Positions 1 to 13,012 of a DNA stretch of 64,000 bases are shown one piece after another. The notes below the pieces were generated by a model. It was not told the DNA's origin, made no database searches, and was given only the letters and a program-made list of their open reading frames with translations. The position numbers and the translations under genes were made by a program. The DNA is from Octopus vulgaris (Eukaryota), in NCBI GenBank assembly GCA_951406725.2, contig OX597821.1:55800001-55864000 (forward strand). Reading direction: 5' to 3'. How positions within the stretch are numbered: the first letter of the stretch is position 1; every line of letters starts with the position of its first letter.

Positions 1-99
1 GGTATTTTCCAGATTGTTTTATCGTTTCTAGATTCTTGTTTCTTTTTCCAGTTTCTCCCACATCTTCCATTCTCTCATTTTCCAATATCTAAAGAAGTA

Positions 100-1380
100 C
101 AATGCCCGAAACCATGGCATACAAATGCTCAGGAATCAATGAACTAGATACTGTACAACACACACACAAGAAATAAAGATAAGGAAGGAATATTATAGAT
201 GAACTATATGCTATCATAGGTGAACTCGGTGATTACATAAAACAGAGCCAAATTCAAAAGATATGGTAATAGACATCAACACTTTAGCAGTCCCAGTTAT
301 ATGTTACAGTTATGATATTCTTCACCTGGACACTAAATGAATAAGCATGACTAGGTGGAAAGGGAAGAAATATAATGACTGCATGTAGAATACACCACCT
401 AAATTTGACCTAGAAAAGTTATATATATATATATATATAGCACGAATTGAAGGAGGTAGGGGTCATAGGAAATTATTATAAAATATCCCCCATAGGACTG
501 CGAAAATAGTTAATTCAGAATCATGGAAAACCGATACAAATATCTACAAAACATAAACAAATCAAAAAGATGCTTTCTGTTTTCAAGGAAGCAATGGCCA
601 TAATAATTTATGAAGCAAAAAAAGAAATAGCAAAAATTATAAAGCATCTAAAATCTATGCTAAAAATTGAGAAGCAGCTACAATCTAAGCTAAAATATAT
701 ATCAGAATATCATGATAAAACGATAGCAAGGAATGTCAACCAGTGGAATAAGCTAAACAGAAAAGAAATAAGCAGGGTAAAATCCCAACACTGGCTGAGA
801 AGCGCAGGACTCAAAGCAGAATTTGAAGGAGTTTTAACTCTGGTACGAGAAATTACCAAAAACACAAAATGAAGCAGAATACAATACGTAACTGCAGAAT
901 ATGTGGTGATGGAAAAGGATAAAAAATCTAATCATATTGTCTATGACTGTCCAGTCTTTCCATGAAGGAATAAATTTACAAGCATGGGAGTACTGGGATT
1001 TACATACACTGGATGTTGTGCAAATACTACTGAATGCTAACAGAAAGAAAAATATGGTGTAGGCATGTTCCAGAAAAGGTTTCAGAAAACGATAGGGCAG
1101 CGATAACTCTAGGATTTTCCAGTACATACAGACAAATCAAAGTTAAGAGGCCAGATATTTTTGCTAAATGCTACTAAGGGGAAAATCGACAAATCAGTCC
1201 TAACAAATGGCAAGGTATTTCTAATAGAAAGCGGAAATAGAAATAATCCAGATGTGGAACCTGAGGACAGAAAACGATCCTAACAAGAACAGGTGTGTTA
1301 GGTATGGTCAAAAACATACGGACAAAACATGACGAGAAAAAGAGATAAAAGTACACACAATACACAAAACATGTGAACAC
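100..1380 (+). mobile_element. Decayed R4/Dong-type (RLE) non-LTR retrotransposon, 3' part
   Basis: ORF 570-872 ends in QHWLRSAGLKAEFEG, matching the better copy at 20811-21683 (HQWLRSSGLKAENEG). A CRICG zinc-knuckle start lies near 892 and an RPDI endonuclease motif near 1147. Many stops and frameshifts. Confidence 0.75.
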
Positions 1381-1543
1381 AGTATTTATACCCACTTAAA
1401 CGTGGATTTTCTATTAGAAGAAAAACATTACTGAGGTACATACCATGAGAGAATTTCCCACATCGGCTTTACGTGCAAAATAGACTATTGTTTGTATCTC
1501 TTGCGGTTTATAAATCACCACCATCTCCAGCGTCGAGACCCTG

Positions 1544-1578
1544 GATCACGTGATTTCGACCTTCTTTGGTCTCGTCAG
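1544..1578 (-). ncRNA. Minimal type-I hammerhead ribozyme core (Penelope pLTR-like)
   Basis: The minus strand reads CUGACGA-GACC-AAAGAA-GGUC-GAA-AUCACGUGAU-C: intact core, 4-bp stem II, palindromic stem III and AUC triplet. Stem I is imperfect. Confidence 0.6.
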
Positions 1579-3514
1579 TGACGTTCATCTATTATTGAAA
1601 CCACTTCTGTGATCTTGCGTTAGAGGTCGTATGCTGTAATATCATTATCACCAACAAGTGACATTGATTACCCAGTAGAAAAGTGTGTTGAGATAATCTG
1701 TGAGAATTATTTCACGCTATCGATTCCAGTGCACTAGGATATCTCATAAAACTTATATATCACAAGGTGTACTTAAACAAATATAGTCTGAAACACTTTT
1801 GCTCTATTAGCACTCTATTCAGCACTAAAGAGTGTCTTCATTGAACGCTAGATTGAAAGGACTAAACCCATCTAAACTCCAAGAGACCGATAAGAAAGAT
1901 GCAAAATGATGGTTACTGTTAGTAGAGAGCACCTACAGAAAACAATGATGATGATATTATAGGCAGTTGCTTTCGGCTGGAAAAGAATTAAACAGATAAT
2001 GGAGGAAAGTGATTGCTCTAAAGTATTTTGAGGGAAACAGTGTTGTTGACTATTTAGATTTGTGTAAAAGTGTCCAATAAAACTGTCGGTGGTCTGATTT
2101 GAGAAAGTCATAGAGTGAAGTGATATGTAAATCATTGTACGTAAGGAACGTTCACCATGTTACTCAGTCGTTATTCTTTACTTCTGGTGTCCTGCATTTC
2201 ACGTCTTATTGACTGCTTTGTCTGTTCACTCGTTCATGTGACAAATAATTCTCGTAGTGTTTATATTGATTGCCGTGATTGAGTGATTTGAGCCGAGCAA
2301 TTATTGTCAGTGTTTTCGTACTTCAGTTTCCTTTCCATTTATATAGGTGCAGCTGTGACTGTGTATTTAATGAACTTTCCCCCCAACCGTATGATCTTAG
2401 GTCCAGTCGCACTGAGTGGCACCTTGACCAAATGTCTTCTACTACAGACCCGGGCCAACCAAAACATTGTAAATGAATTTGCTAAGCGGAAACGGCTCGG
2501 CAAAAATTAATAACAGAATAAATATCAGGCTTTAGAAAATAAGTACTTTGGTTGATTTGTTTGCCTAACAAGGCGGTGTCCCAGTATGACCGCAGTCTAT
2601 TGACTGAAGTAAGTAAGAAATAAAAGGCATGCGTTTCTATATCTCTTTAATTCTTTGTACATTTGTTTCGAAATGCATTATAATACAAAGAGTATATACA
2701 TTTAGGAATCCTTTAAGATATGTGTATTTTCTTTTAGCTGGAAGAGTTTTAATTTTACTTTATCTCTGTATGCTGATGCTAATTTTTTTTTTCATTTCAT
2801 TTGCTACTTTTGGTTAGGTTGTGATTAGATTCTTCGTTCGTTAATTACTTTTACTGGCAGTTTTAGCTCATGAACTAGTTAAATATTTGCCAATATCATT
2901 GATCTATATGAGTTGCATTCCACTTCTTTACACTTGCGTCTTTAACTTTATATTCTTTACACTTGGTTCCTTACAGTTTGTAATCCTGCACAAATCAAAA
3001 ACTTTCTTTAGCCAATATTTTATTCGCATAATATTTCGTTAGATTATATTTCCATACACTTTATCATAGCTTTGAAATGGTTTTTGTCCGTTTTACTATT
3101 CATTTTGTTTTATTAATATGTTCCTAACAGTATCAGTACAAATTGTTTGTTTTCAGTTATTCAAGCCAAATTCTTTTGTAAAGTGAGATTAGATACGTGT
3201 TTGTATTGATAGCTACAATTTGTAGTTCAGTATTTCACATTTACTGATTCTTAAATATTAACTTTCTTCTTTTCTATTTGACGAATTTTATGCTAAATAT
3301 TTTAACTTTACAAAATAATCAAATGGCTTTCTACCATTGTAGTTGGCGTAGCAGTCTTGATATTCAAACCAGCCAAATCTGTTCTGATCAAACAAATATG
3401 TGACAGAAGGTGTTCCAGTCAAGTAAATCTCTGTTGTGGTGTTTCTAGCTGCGTATCATCTCCATGGTAGAACATACATTTTATAATCCTATTTCACATC
3501 TCAATTTGTAAACA

Positions 3515-3544
3515 ATGGAGCCGCTGGTTAAATGTTTCCTGCAG
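3515..3544 (+). other. Candidate first coding exon of an unidentified gene (MEPLVKCFLQ)
   Basis: aacaATGg start context followed by a CAG|GTAAAT donor, phase 0. No homology recognised. Confidence 0.2.
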
Positions 3545-4489
3545 GTAAATCACCAGTTTATTGCATTTCGGCTGCGAGACTGAGTCTCTAGCTTGAAACT
3601 TTATTTGAGGAGTGTCTCCTTTTTGTCAATGTGTTCATCTTTTGCCGGTGCATATATGTATGTGTGTGAATGTAAGTATGCATGCATGTATGTATGTAGA
3701 GTGTGTGTGTATGTGAAACGAACGTCTTACTCATAATTGTATAATTGTGTCAATTCTTAATTACACAGCTATGTGATCGTCGATATATATAAGATGATTG
3801 ATCGTCACAATAGCATTGTATTGAAGTATGTTATATGTAATGTTTCCAATCTTCCTTGTGTATAATTATAATACAATTATACATCATTGTTAAGCTTGTA
3901 CTTTTAGCATAATTATTTAGTTGAAATACTGTGTAGATCTCAATACGGTACAGAAAAGTAATGAAGTGAAAGAGTCACCTTGGCATATTCCTGTAATAAG
4001 AATGGTATTTTATTATAATTATTTCTTTTTTCTGAATCAGCAGAATTATTTTCAATTTGTTTCTGGCATGATTGATATACATTTTTATATTGATGCTACC
4101 ATATTGAATGTTAATATTTTCAGAATGAACAAATAGAGGACACTGTAAAAACCATCCGCTAGTCAAGTTATAGCTATGTAAATACTCAGTTTCTTTTCTC
4201 TCTTTACCCTCTTCCGTTTTGATGTTGTTCTGCAATTAATATTTACAACCAGAGAAGCCTTTGAGCAGTCTCTTTTGTACTTCTGGAAATTATTTATACT
4301 TTAGATAGTTATTTATCTACTGTGGTATTCCTACATTTAAAACGTTTTAAGCTGTGGTGAGACAGATTATACTGTGTAACGCGATTTTCGTCCTTGTGTA
4401 GCAACTATTATATCCTATTTGCTTACCACTAGAAAGTATGAAAATGGCTAATATTTCTTTCAAACTATGATTTTCTTACATTTATTCAA

Positions 4490-4650
4490 AACCCTAAGAA
4501 TCACTCTCAACACATGGTTATGATGCTTCCCCACTACTCCTGCTCATGGTCAGGGATGTACATATTGTCAGCCACTAAGGAATATGCTCAAGTGCTTAAG
4601 GCTAAGTAATTGACAAGCAAATATGTTGTGTTAAGCAGAATATTTGTTAA
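4490..4650 (-). repeat. Internal fragment of the (AAT)n-tailed repeat family C
   Basis: Reverse-complement similarity to 32700-32860 (ctcaacacatgg...ccactactcctgctc...cagccactaagg). Confidence 0.65.
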
Positions 4651-6332
4651 AACAGTATTTCTGCTTCAGCAACTCAGCGATGAATCTGCCTGAAATCTAA
4701 TTGAAAATAGGTCAGTTTCAAAGCATTGATGTCCAGGTCAAAAAGCAAAGTTTAAAAGTAAAAGAAATCATTTCCTAATATTTATATGCCAAAGACAAAA
4801 ATAATAAACATTTTGTTACACAGAGTTATAAAAGTGTAGATTTTATATCATTTCTTTACTTTTAATGATTAAGTTTGTAGGCCTCCTCCTCCCCCAGCGT
4901 GACATTTGGGTGTGTGTGTGTTTTTATTTCCAGCACCACTTGTAGATAAATATATAGTTTTGCAAGCAACTCGGATTTGCCTGTGATATATGCCACCTAG
5001 ATATACTTTGTGGCACATTCTTGGTGTTCACTAAGTATAGAGTTTGATTATCTATTCAGTTGATATACTCCATCCTGCATGATTGTTCAAGTTCAGTACG
5101 TTTTTATTTGGACACGTCAATCTGAAGGAATACGTAGCAGAGCCTACAATCTTGAAAATGATTCCATTTGGTTTTCTGATAGTAATGCAATGATTTCTTA
5201 TTTACGTTAATTTAGTTCTTGACGCCATTTTGAATTAGAGTCTGACTTGTTATATTTTTAAACAGCATTGTCGTTTTTAATAGCAGATTATCATTATTTT
5301 CGATATAACAAAGGTCTCTTGATTTAGATGTTTTCTTTTTATTACTGAGACTTCTTTTTGTTTGTTTTTTTTTATTATATTTCTTCTGTTCGTCGTTTAT
5401 GTACTCATTTTAAATATTATACACACCGGTATTTTAATCTAAAGCTGTTTCAAGTGCGAAAATTAATTTCATTCTTACCAGGCTAGAACCTGAATCGGCA
5501 GAGATATTATTCACACACAAATTAAAATGATTTATTCAGTATTGAGGTGAACTGAATCGAACAACAGATTGCTGAAGAAATATTATCAAGCAAGACTGTA
5601 AGACTGTATTCATTAATTCACTTCTCAAATAACTATTCTGCAGACAGCCACGTTAGCAGTAGAGTAAGTTATTTACTATTCTGCTTTTGACTACAGCAAT
5701 CAGTACCGCAAGCAATATTGCAAACAACTGCTACTCACACCCTGATTAGAATAATAAAGGTTACACATCTTTCATTTCTTTGTGCGTTATAAGCAATTTT
5801 GTAATTTCAGCTAGAGGTATTAGCATAGATATAAGAACGCATATATTGCTATCTGAAAATACGAGGGATTGCGGTTTTTAAGCCAGAAGAAATACAGTTT
5901 TTCTTTTTCTCTTTTAAGTTACATGTCTGTACAGCCTTTCGCAGTGATTATCAATTGAAATACGTCCTCAGATGAACAAATCAAGCATTAATTTTTGTCA
6001 ATTCCCTTAAAAGTATGTTTCCTTCTTCATCTTCGTGCCGCTATGCACGTGACAAACAAGGTGTATAACATATTTTTTCGATATGCCATATAATGGATAT
6101 CACACACGATAATTTATCTCACAATGAATTGCTGCACTGTATCGCCATTTATATAATATCAGAATATATTTTGAACTTTCTACAATGATTATGCCACTAC
6201 GTTGAACGGACAGACACAAGTGTATGTGTATGTATGTATGTATATATATATATTTATACTCACACATACACATACGTACATGTGTGTGTGTGTGTGTGTT
6301 GCTCAGAGGTTAAAACAAATACATAGTAATTA

Positions 6333-7460
6333 CACTGGGGAATAATTTGGAACATAATTTGTCGAATTCGCTTTTTCGCTTGATTTAGACTGAAATTGAC
6401 GTAATTATTTCAAAACTACAATCAGCTTTCTTCTAACACATCAAGTTTTTTGTTAAACAGGAATTATTTTTTTGCCAAAACGTGTGAATTTTGCTATTAA
6501 CCGCAATACTGAAATAAGAAGCAAACGCAAACCAAATAGTAATTTTTCTTATTTAACAATTATATTACAAAAACGTTTAATTGCATATATTTGGACCGAT
6601 ATTTCTGTCAAAATGGAGCTTCAGCAACTCAGGGAGTGAACTTGCCGCTTTGCATGAATAACTTGCATCACAACAATCTCTTTGCAGAGACAAGCAGTAG
6701 TCAGCCATCATGCTTCTGTGTCCTGTGCTTTGATACATAGTCACTATAGTTTCGATGCTTTGGTGGAATCTTTCTCCTTGCTCATCACTTATTGCACTAT
6801 GATATTCAGGGATGCGAAAGTATGCCATGCTTTTTTTCAAGGCCAAACACGGTCTCCAGAAGTTACTCATCCTACTATAGTCACAATAGTCACTGCTCAT
6901 CTTACAATAGTCATACATGTCTTAATTTTCTCACAAGACAAAACTGGAAACTTTCTGGTTAAGTATTTGAAACTGTCACTATTTCAGATTTTCAAAAAGT
7001 TTTCCCTACTATATGGGATTCTCAGGCTTTGTCCTTATCACCCAGTCTCATGCCAAAGTAAGTAAAGTAAGCTTTCTTCACAAAATCTTTGATTTTGTTT
7101 CACTGCTTAGATAAAGTGTAATATCCACAAATATAGCAGAAGACATCGGAACTGTGTTTGCATTTTCTTCTCTCACAACTGGCCATATTTCCGAAATAAA
7201 AGAAGATATTTAAGCCAGTTGTCACCATGGGAAAGCATTTTCAGAATTGTCAACATTTGTAAAATAAGCAAATGTAGATTTATGACAATAAAGTGCCATA
7301 ACGAACTGACATACCATGAAGTTCTTTCTAGAGTTCTTTGATTACCCATTATCATAAGAAATATTTAGAGGTTCAGCAAAACATGTCTCACCTGATTTGC
7401 AATGATAGTCACACTAAATCAAGCACAGCATGGGCATATCTGCAAAGTCCGCAAATACGT
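6333..7460 (-). mobile_element. Decayed Chapaev3-like (CMC) DNA transposon, 3' end with transposase remnant
   Basis: ORF 6577-6918 carries SDEQGERFHQ...YQ...MMADYC, a conserved transposase C-terminus. The terminus reads TTA|CACTGGGG at 6330-6340, fitting CAC termini and a TWA target. Superfamily assigned from recall. Confidence 0.6.
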
Positions 7461-8125
7461 GACGTGTTTGATATCAAAGACCACAGAAATGTGTTGTTTA
7501 TTAACATCTAATTGTGTAAAGGCCATTTCTGTCATCATCATGACATTTAAAACTGGTCAGACTGAAAATAATGAAAGTTACTAAAGTTTGATGATTTTTG
7601 TTTACGAAAGATGCTTAGATCATGTCTTTTGTTTTCACTTTTGATGTTGCATTTACTTTAAATGATACTGAAAATATGTTTTCAAAGTTACTAATGACTT
7701 GTAGATACGCGTTATTTAGTTCTGTAGCCATAATATACTATAAAGTATATTAAACATTTATATAAACCAACACCATCTTCTACTGCGTCAGCAGTGCGCT
7801 TTTCACAAATCACTAGTATTTAAGTACCAGCTTCCACGAATGCGATTAATATATAAATAGGTATATCCAATGTCTAAACACCGCTATTTACAGTCGCTGT
7901 TTAAGCAATGTGGTCGAAGATGATTAAAGGGTTAAATGGGTGCTGATAAAGCGGTAAAGATCCCCAATATGTGGCATATACACCCATTACCCTTTTCCCA
8001 TCTTCGATTTCATTGTTTGTTTACATCTAGTGTCTCGTATATGAAACGTTGTAACTAAAAATCAGTGCTAGCTATAATTTCCATAGAATATCTGTAGAGA
8101 TAACCATAACAAGTAATGTTTTCGT

Positions 8126-8283
8126 AGGAGTGGCTGTGTGGTAAGTAGCTTGCTTACCAACGACATGCTTCCGGGTTCATTCCCACTGCGTGGCACCTTG
8201 GCAAGGTGTCTTCTACTATAGCCTCGGGCCGACCAAAGCCTTGTGAGTGGATTTGGTAGACGGAAACTGAAAGAAGCCTGTCG

Positions 8284-8332
<49 letters not shown>

Positions 8333-8545
8333 ATGTTTATATGTTTTTGTTTGTCCTCCAACATCGCTTGACAACCGATGGTGGTGTATTCATATCCCCG
8401 TAACTTAGCGGTTCGGCAAAAGAGTCCGATAGAATAAGTACTAGGCTTACAAAGAATAAGTCCTGGGGTCGATTTGCTCGACTAATGGCGCTGCTCCAGC
8501 ATGGTCGCAGTCAAATTACTGAAACAAGTAAAAGAGTAAAAAGAG
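8126..8545 (+). mobile_element. tRNA-derived SINE family A (octopus-type, internal (TA)/(TG) microsatellite), near full length
   Basis: A box TGGCTGTGTGG, B box GGTTCATTCC, then CCTTGGCAAG, internal (TA)n(TG)n and tail ...CAGCATGGTCGCAGTCAAATTACTGAAACAAGTAAAAGAG. Many near-identical copies in the window. Confidence 0.85.
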
Positions 8546-9038
8546 AGAGTTGTGTCAAGCTCCATAGACGGGTCTGCATTTGATGAAGCCAAATCTATCC
8601 TTAGAAATAGTGACAGTGCTGGAAATGTTGAAAAATAGGCACTGGAGTTTGTGAAAAACCTTCACATTATTCAGCAAAATAGATCTCATTTTTGAAATCA
8701 GCATCCCAAAATTACAAGGCGACATGTCTCCAACACCAGACAAAAAACATGTACTCGGGAGTTATATATAGGTTTGATGTACGAAGCTTAAAAGAAGCCT
8801 GTATATATAGTAGAACACACAAACATATTAGATGTGAGATGATGTAAGGAATTAAAGGCTATTGTCTTGTGCAAAGCACATATACAGAGACAATAACAGA
8901 AATTGTTTATAAAAATAACAAAAATAACAAGTTTCTATGCAAAGAGGTATTTTGGGGCGAATCTATATCTGAGATCGTATGAGCAATATGTAACTGTTGA
9001 TAAGTTCAGCTGTACGTAGTAAAATACATAGACATACC

Positions 9039-9120
<82 letters not shown>

Positions 9121-9121
<1 letters not shown>

Positions 9122-9372
9122 TTCTTTTATTCTTTTACTTCTTTCAGTCATTTGACTGCGGCCATGCTGTAGCACCGCCTTTAGTCGAACAAATCGACCC
9201 CAAGATTCATTCCTTGTAAGTCTTTTACTTATTCTATAGGTTTCTTTGGCCGAACCGCTAAATTACGAGGATGTAAACACGCCAACATCGGTTGTCAAGC
9301 GATGGTAGCGTTAAAAACACAGATACACAAATGCACACACACACACATACATATATATTATATACGCACGCA

Positions 9373-9457
<85 letters not shown>

Positions 9458-9530
9458 GACGGGCTTCTTTCGGTTTCCGTCAACTAAATCCACTCAGAGA
9501 GCCGTGAACTCCCCGAGGCTATAGTAGAAG
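9121..9530 (-). mobile_element. SINE family A, head-truncated
   Basis: Reverse complement of the 8210-8545 body and tail. Confidence 0.8.
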
Positions 9531-10504
9531 ACGCTTTGTAGAAGCCCATCGAATGATCTGAGTCTGTTATCCAAAAAGCCTGCTTAAATGTCAATCATTC
9601 ACACCCTAATACGGTGAATGTGAATGTTAAATTCAGCGAACTACAGGAATAATCTCCATCGACACCAACGAAGACATTATTTATAAAGTTATATTTAGAA
9701 TTAAAAACAATTGTTGCAATTTCTTTCCTGAAAGTGAAAATTTTCATTTGCAATAAACTTGTGAAATTAATGTGTAAGTAGAAAATATTTTCAAAGTTTA
9801 AACTATTTTCTCTCTGCCTCTATTTCAATTATTCACAATAACTTAAGAAAGCAAAATTCTCTAAATTGAATAACACCCCATCATCTCATATGATATTCTT
9901 TTATATGTTTATGAGTTTTCAATTTCCGTTTTTGTTAATCTCCGTCTACCATAAAAATTCAGATGAACCAGACTTTTTTAGTATTATATTTTTGAAACAT
10001 TTCTTCCATTCTACTGCGTATAAGTTATAACGAGGTGTTAAAAACACAATATATCGGAGCGAAAAGAATGTGGTCGCTGCAATAACTTTCAAGAACATTA
10101 GATGTATTTTGTTGTTCTTGAAGCTTGTCAGCACACAGATGATGATTTCAATATAATCCTGCTTGGATTGTGTACGTTTGTTCCGTCTACAGCTCGGTAG
10201 CTTTCGTAATAATAGAGAATGTTTTATTCAGTTTCCTACAGTTGTCAGTTGGATACACAGCTTAGACAAACCTCAAGGAAGATGAAACATGTCTATCGTT
10301 CTCACAAGCCACTACAGCGACGGTGTTCCTCTCGTTCCAATATATATTATTTTTAACACAAACGGTCTATGAAAAGATTTTATTTCAGATATATCCACAG
10401 TATCATATCTCATCATGGTGTGTATGCAATTATTATAAAGGCGAGTGTAATTTAATACTGTTCCAGTTGCATATACCAATTGAATTTTAGTTTATATTTC
10501 ATAT

Positions 10505-10680
10505 AAGTGTGGCCGTTTCTTAAGAAGTTTACTTCCTGCCACCGAAAGTACCATGCTGTAGGACTGGGTTCAGTCCCACTGCATGGTACATTGGGTAAGT
10601 GTTGTCTGCCTTAGCCCTGGACGAAAACCTTGTGAGTGGACCTGGTTGACGGAAACTGAAACCAGGCTATCATATATGTA
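10505..10680 (+). mobile_element. SINE family A, diverged 5' half
   Basis: gggttcagtcccactgcatggtacattgggtaagtg...ttgtgagtgga...gacggaaactgaaa. Confidence 0.65.
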
Positions 10681-11299
10681 TGTGTATGTGTGTACGCATT
10701 GTTACATAAAGTTGACCAAATAGAAAAAAACAAATGGATACTTTTAGTTATTCACCAAAGTCTGTGGATAGTTAAAATTCGCAGATAGAATGCAGTGTCA
10801 GTGAAGATTAAATATTCTGTTCATATACACATCAATACACAACTGGAGGGTTCTACGTTTTGCGTATTATTTTTGTTTATGGCTATACAATAATTTTTAT
10901 TCGGCTCACTATATTTATAAACTAATAAATTAGATATTATTTTGTACTCTCTGAAGAACTTTTGCGTAAATTATAACAGATGTTTTGTAAGAGATTAATT
11001 TTTCAAATAACGGTGGGGGTGGTCTCCGTCTTTCAGCGACGAGGTTTTGGTGGTTCGATCAAGTGAATCGCCATCTCCTGAATTAATGTATAAGTGACTG
11101 AACATTCTAAAGTCATGTATACGATTAATGTCATTTCCAGGCTGAATCAGAGTGACTTTTGTGTGGCAAAGCTATGCTTTTTAAATTACAGGTACAGTCA
11201 ATCCGACAGAGTTCCAATCAGTTTCCTTCATCCAATCTTAGTTGCAAATCATGAGATCGGTGTTAATATAAAATGACCACACGGTCTTGGGTTCGACCA

Positions 11300-11660
11300 C
11301 GTATTTAACAGACAACTGGGAAAGATATCTAGGTTATTGTTTCATTTTATGGCAGAAAATATTGACAAACTTATGAAATTTAAAAATGAGATTAATAGCA
11401 TCAACCATAATATTAAATTCAAGATGGAATTCAACCAGAATGAACTGCCACTTTGAAACATCTTAATTATGGACGCAAGTGCGAAGCTAGAAATCGGTGA
11501 CGACTGTTATCGCACATATTTAAATCAGTATCTTCTCTTCATATCCTGTCGTCCTAAATATACATTTACGAACATTCCATTCAACTCAGTAGAAAGGGCT
11601 TGCACGATAGTGTCGAATCGTAATTACATGATCCTTGAACATTGAAGCATATAGTTAATA
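11300..11660 (+). mobile_element. Penelope-like element RT/thumb remnant
   Basis: Translates to INSINHNIKFKMEFNQNELPL and QYLLFISCRPKYTFTNIPFNSVERACTIVS, matching the PLE patterns NIKFT.E...LPFLD and YL...S.HP...IP...R...I.S. Confidence 0.7.
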
Positions 11661-12600
11661 GCATGAATGCAACTTTATTGTTTAGACATATTGTTTTCAG
11701 TAGATCATTAACAATGAACTACTGAAATATTACAAATTTCATTGTTATCACTATTGCCTTGTGTTAAACTATTCGATTTGGTTCAATATATAAAAGGGAA
11801 ATTAGTTATAATTGCCATTTAGATTTCAGTTTTTCTTTCCAATACAAGCGTCTGCTATCTCGGAACAATCATTCACGCTCCAATAATTTATATCATTGTA
11901 TTCATTTTCGTAACTATTCATACATTTAAACTGTTACTTCTATAATAAGGGTTTAAATGGCTGAATGGATCAAGAATTAAAATTCTGTAACAGTCATAGA
12001 ATTATCATTTAATTCAAGTTAAACTAATCTACATTCTGAAAGAAGATAACGAAGTCGAAATATAGAAACTAAACAGAAGCCTAATAAAGTAATGAAAATA
12101 AAATAATAAAGTGAAACAGCATAAGAAAAATGGGAAATTCTGCAGGACTAAAAGCAATTACGACAGCAATTCTTGACACTCTTTCTGGTTGTTTTTACTA
12201 ACTTAACTAAGTAGCTATTGTGATGCCAAAAACGTACTTAATTTCACAATAATATTATACCGTTTTCCAAAATATTATGATAGAACTGGTGAAATATCAC
12301 CCGAGCTGCTGCTAGATATAGCCGGCAGATCGCATTCAAATCACATCCTATCTTCTTAAAACGGTAGTCGCATTTGATAGTGCAGACTAAGGTAAACAAA
12401 GATTGGATATTCTCGGCTACAAGGTCATTATTGATAAATTGTGTTCAATCAAAGCCGATCAATAAATCAACAACATAGACTTACATTTGCACACATTTCC
12501 ATCACAAAAAATGGGCCTAAATAAATTAGTTTAGTCAATGCAATAAATACTTGTGTATTGCAGTAATCATGCAACATAGGAATTCAAATCAACTCTCTTT

Positions 12601-13012
12601 TACTATCTTTTACTCTCTTTTACTTGTTTCAGTCATTTGACTGCGGCCATGCTGGAGCACCACCTTCTAGTCGAGTAAATCGACCCCAGGACTTATTCTT
12701 TGTAAGCCTAGTACTTATTCTATCAGTTTCTTTTGTTGAACCGCTAAGTTTCGGGGACGTAAACACACCAGCATCGGTTGTCAAGCAATGGTGGGGGGGA
12801 CAAACACAGACACACAAACATATACACATATATATATATATATATACATATATACGACGGGCTTCTTCCAGTTTCCGTCTACCAAATCCACTCACAAGGC
12901 TTTGGTCGGCCCAAGGCTATAGTAGAAGACACTTGTCCAAGGTGCCACGCAGTGGGAATGAACCCGGAACCATGTGGTTGGTAAGCAAGCTACTTACCAC
13001 ACAGCCACTCCT
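12601..13012 (-). mobile_element. SINE family A, full length
   Basis: Reverse complement of 8126-8545 from head to tail. It explains ORFs 12624-13022 and 12629-12895. Confidence 0.85.

Noticed and set aside
3565-3620. gagactgagtctc hairpin near a minus-strand CCGAAA
   Set aside because: No CUGANGA core in register, so it is not a hammerhead.
8963-9507. ORFs with YI/HT/CV/poly-I/poly-N/poly-L runs (here and throughout)
   Set aside because: They are translations of (TA)n, (CA)n, (AAT)n and (CATA)n microsatellites and SINE bodies, not genes.
10262-10296. GAAACATGTC, a typical minimal hammerhead stem III
   Set aside because: No upstream CUGANGA or stem II.
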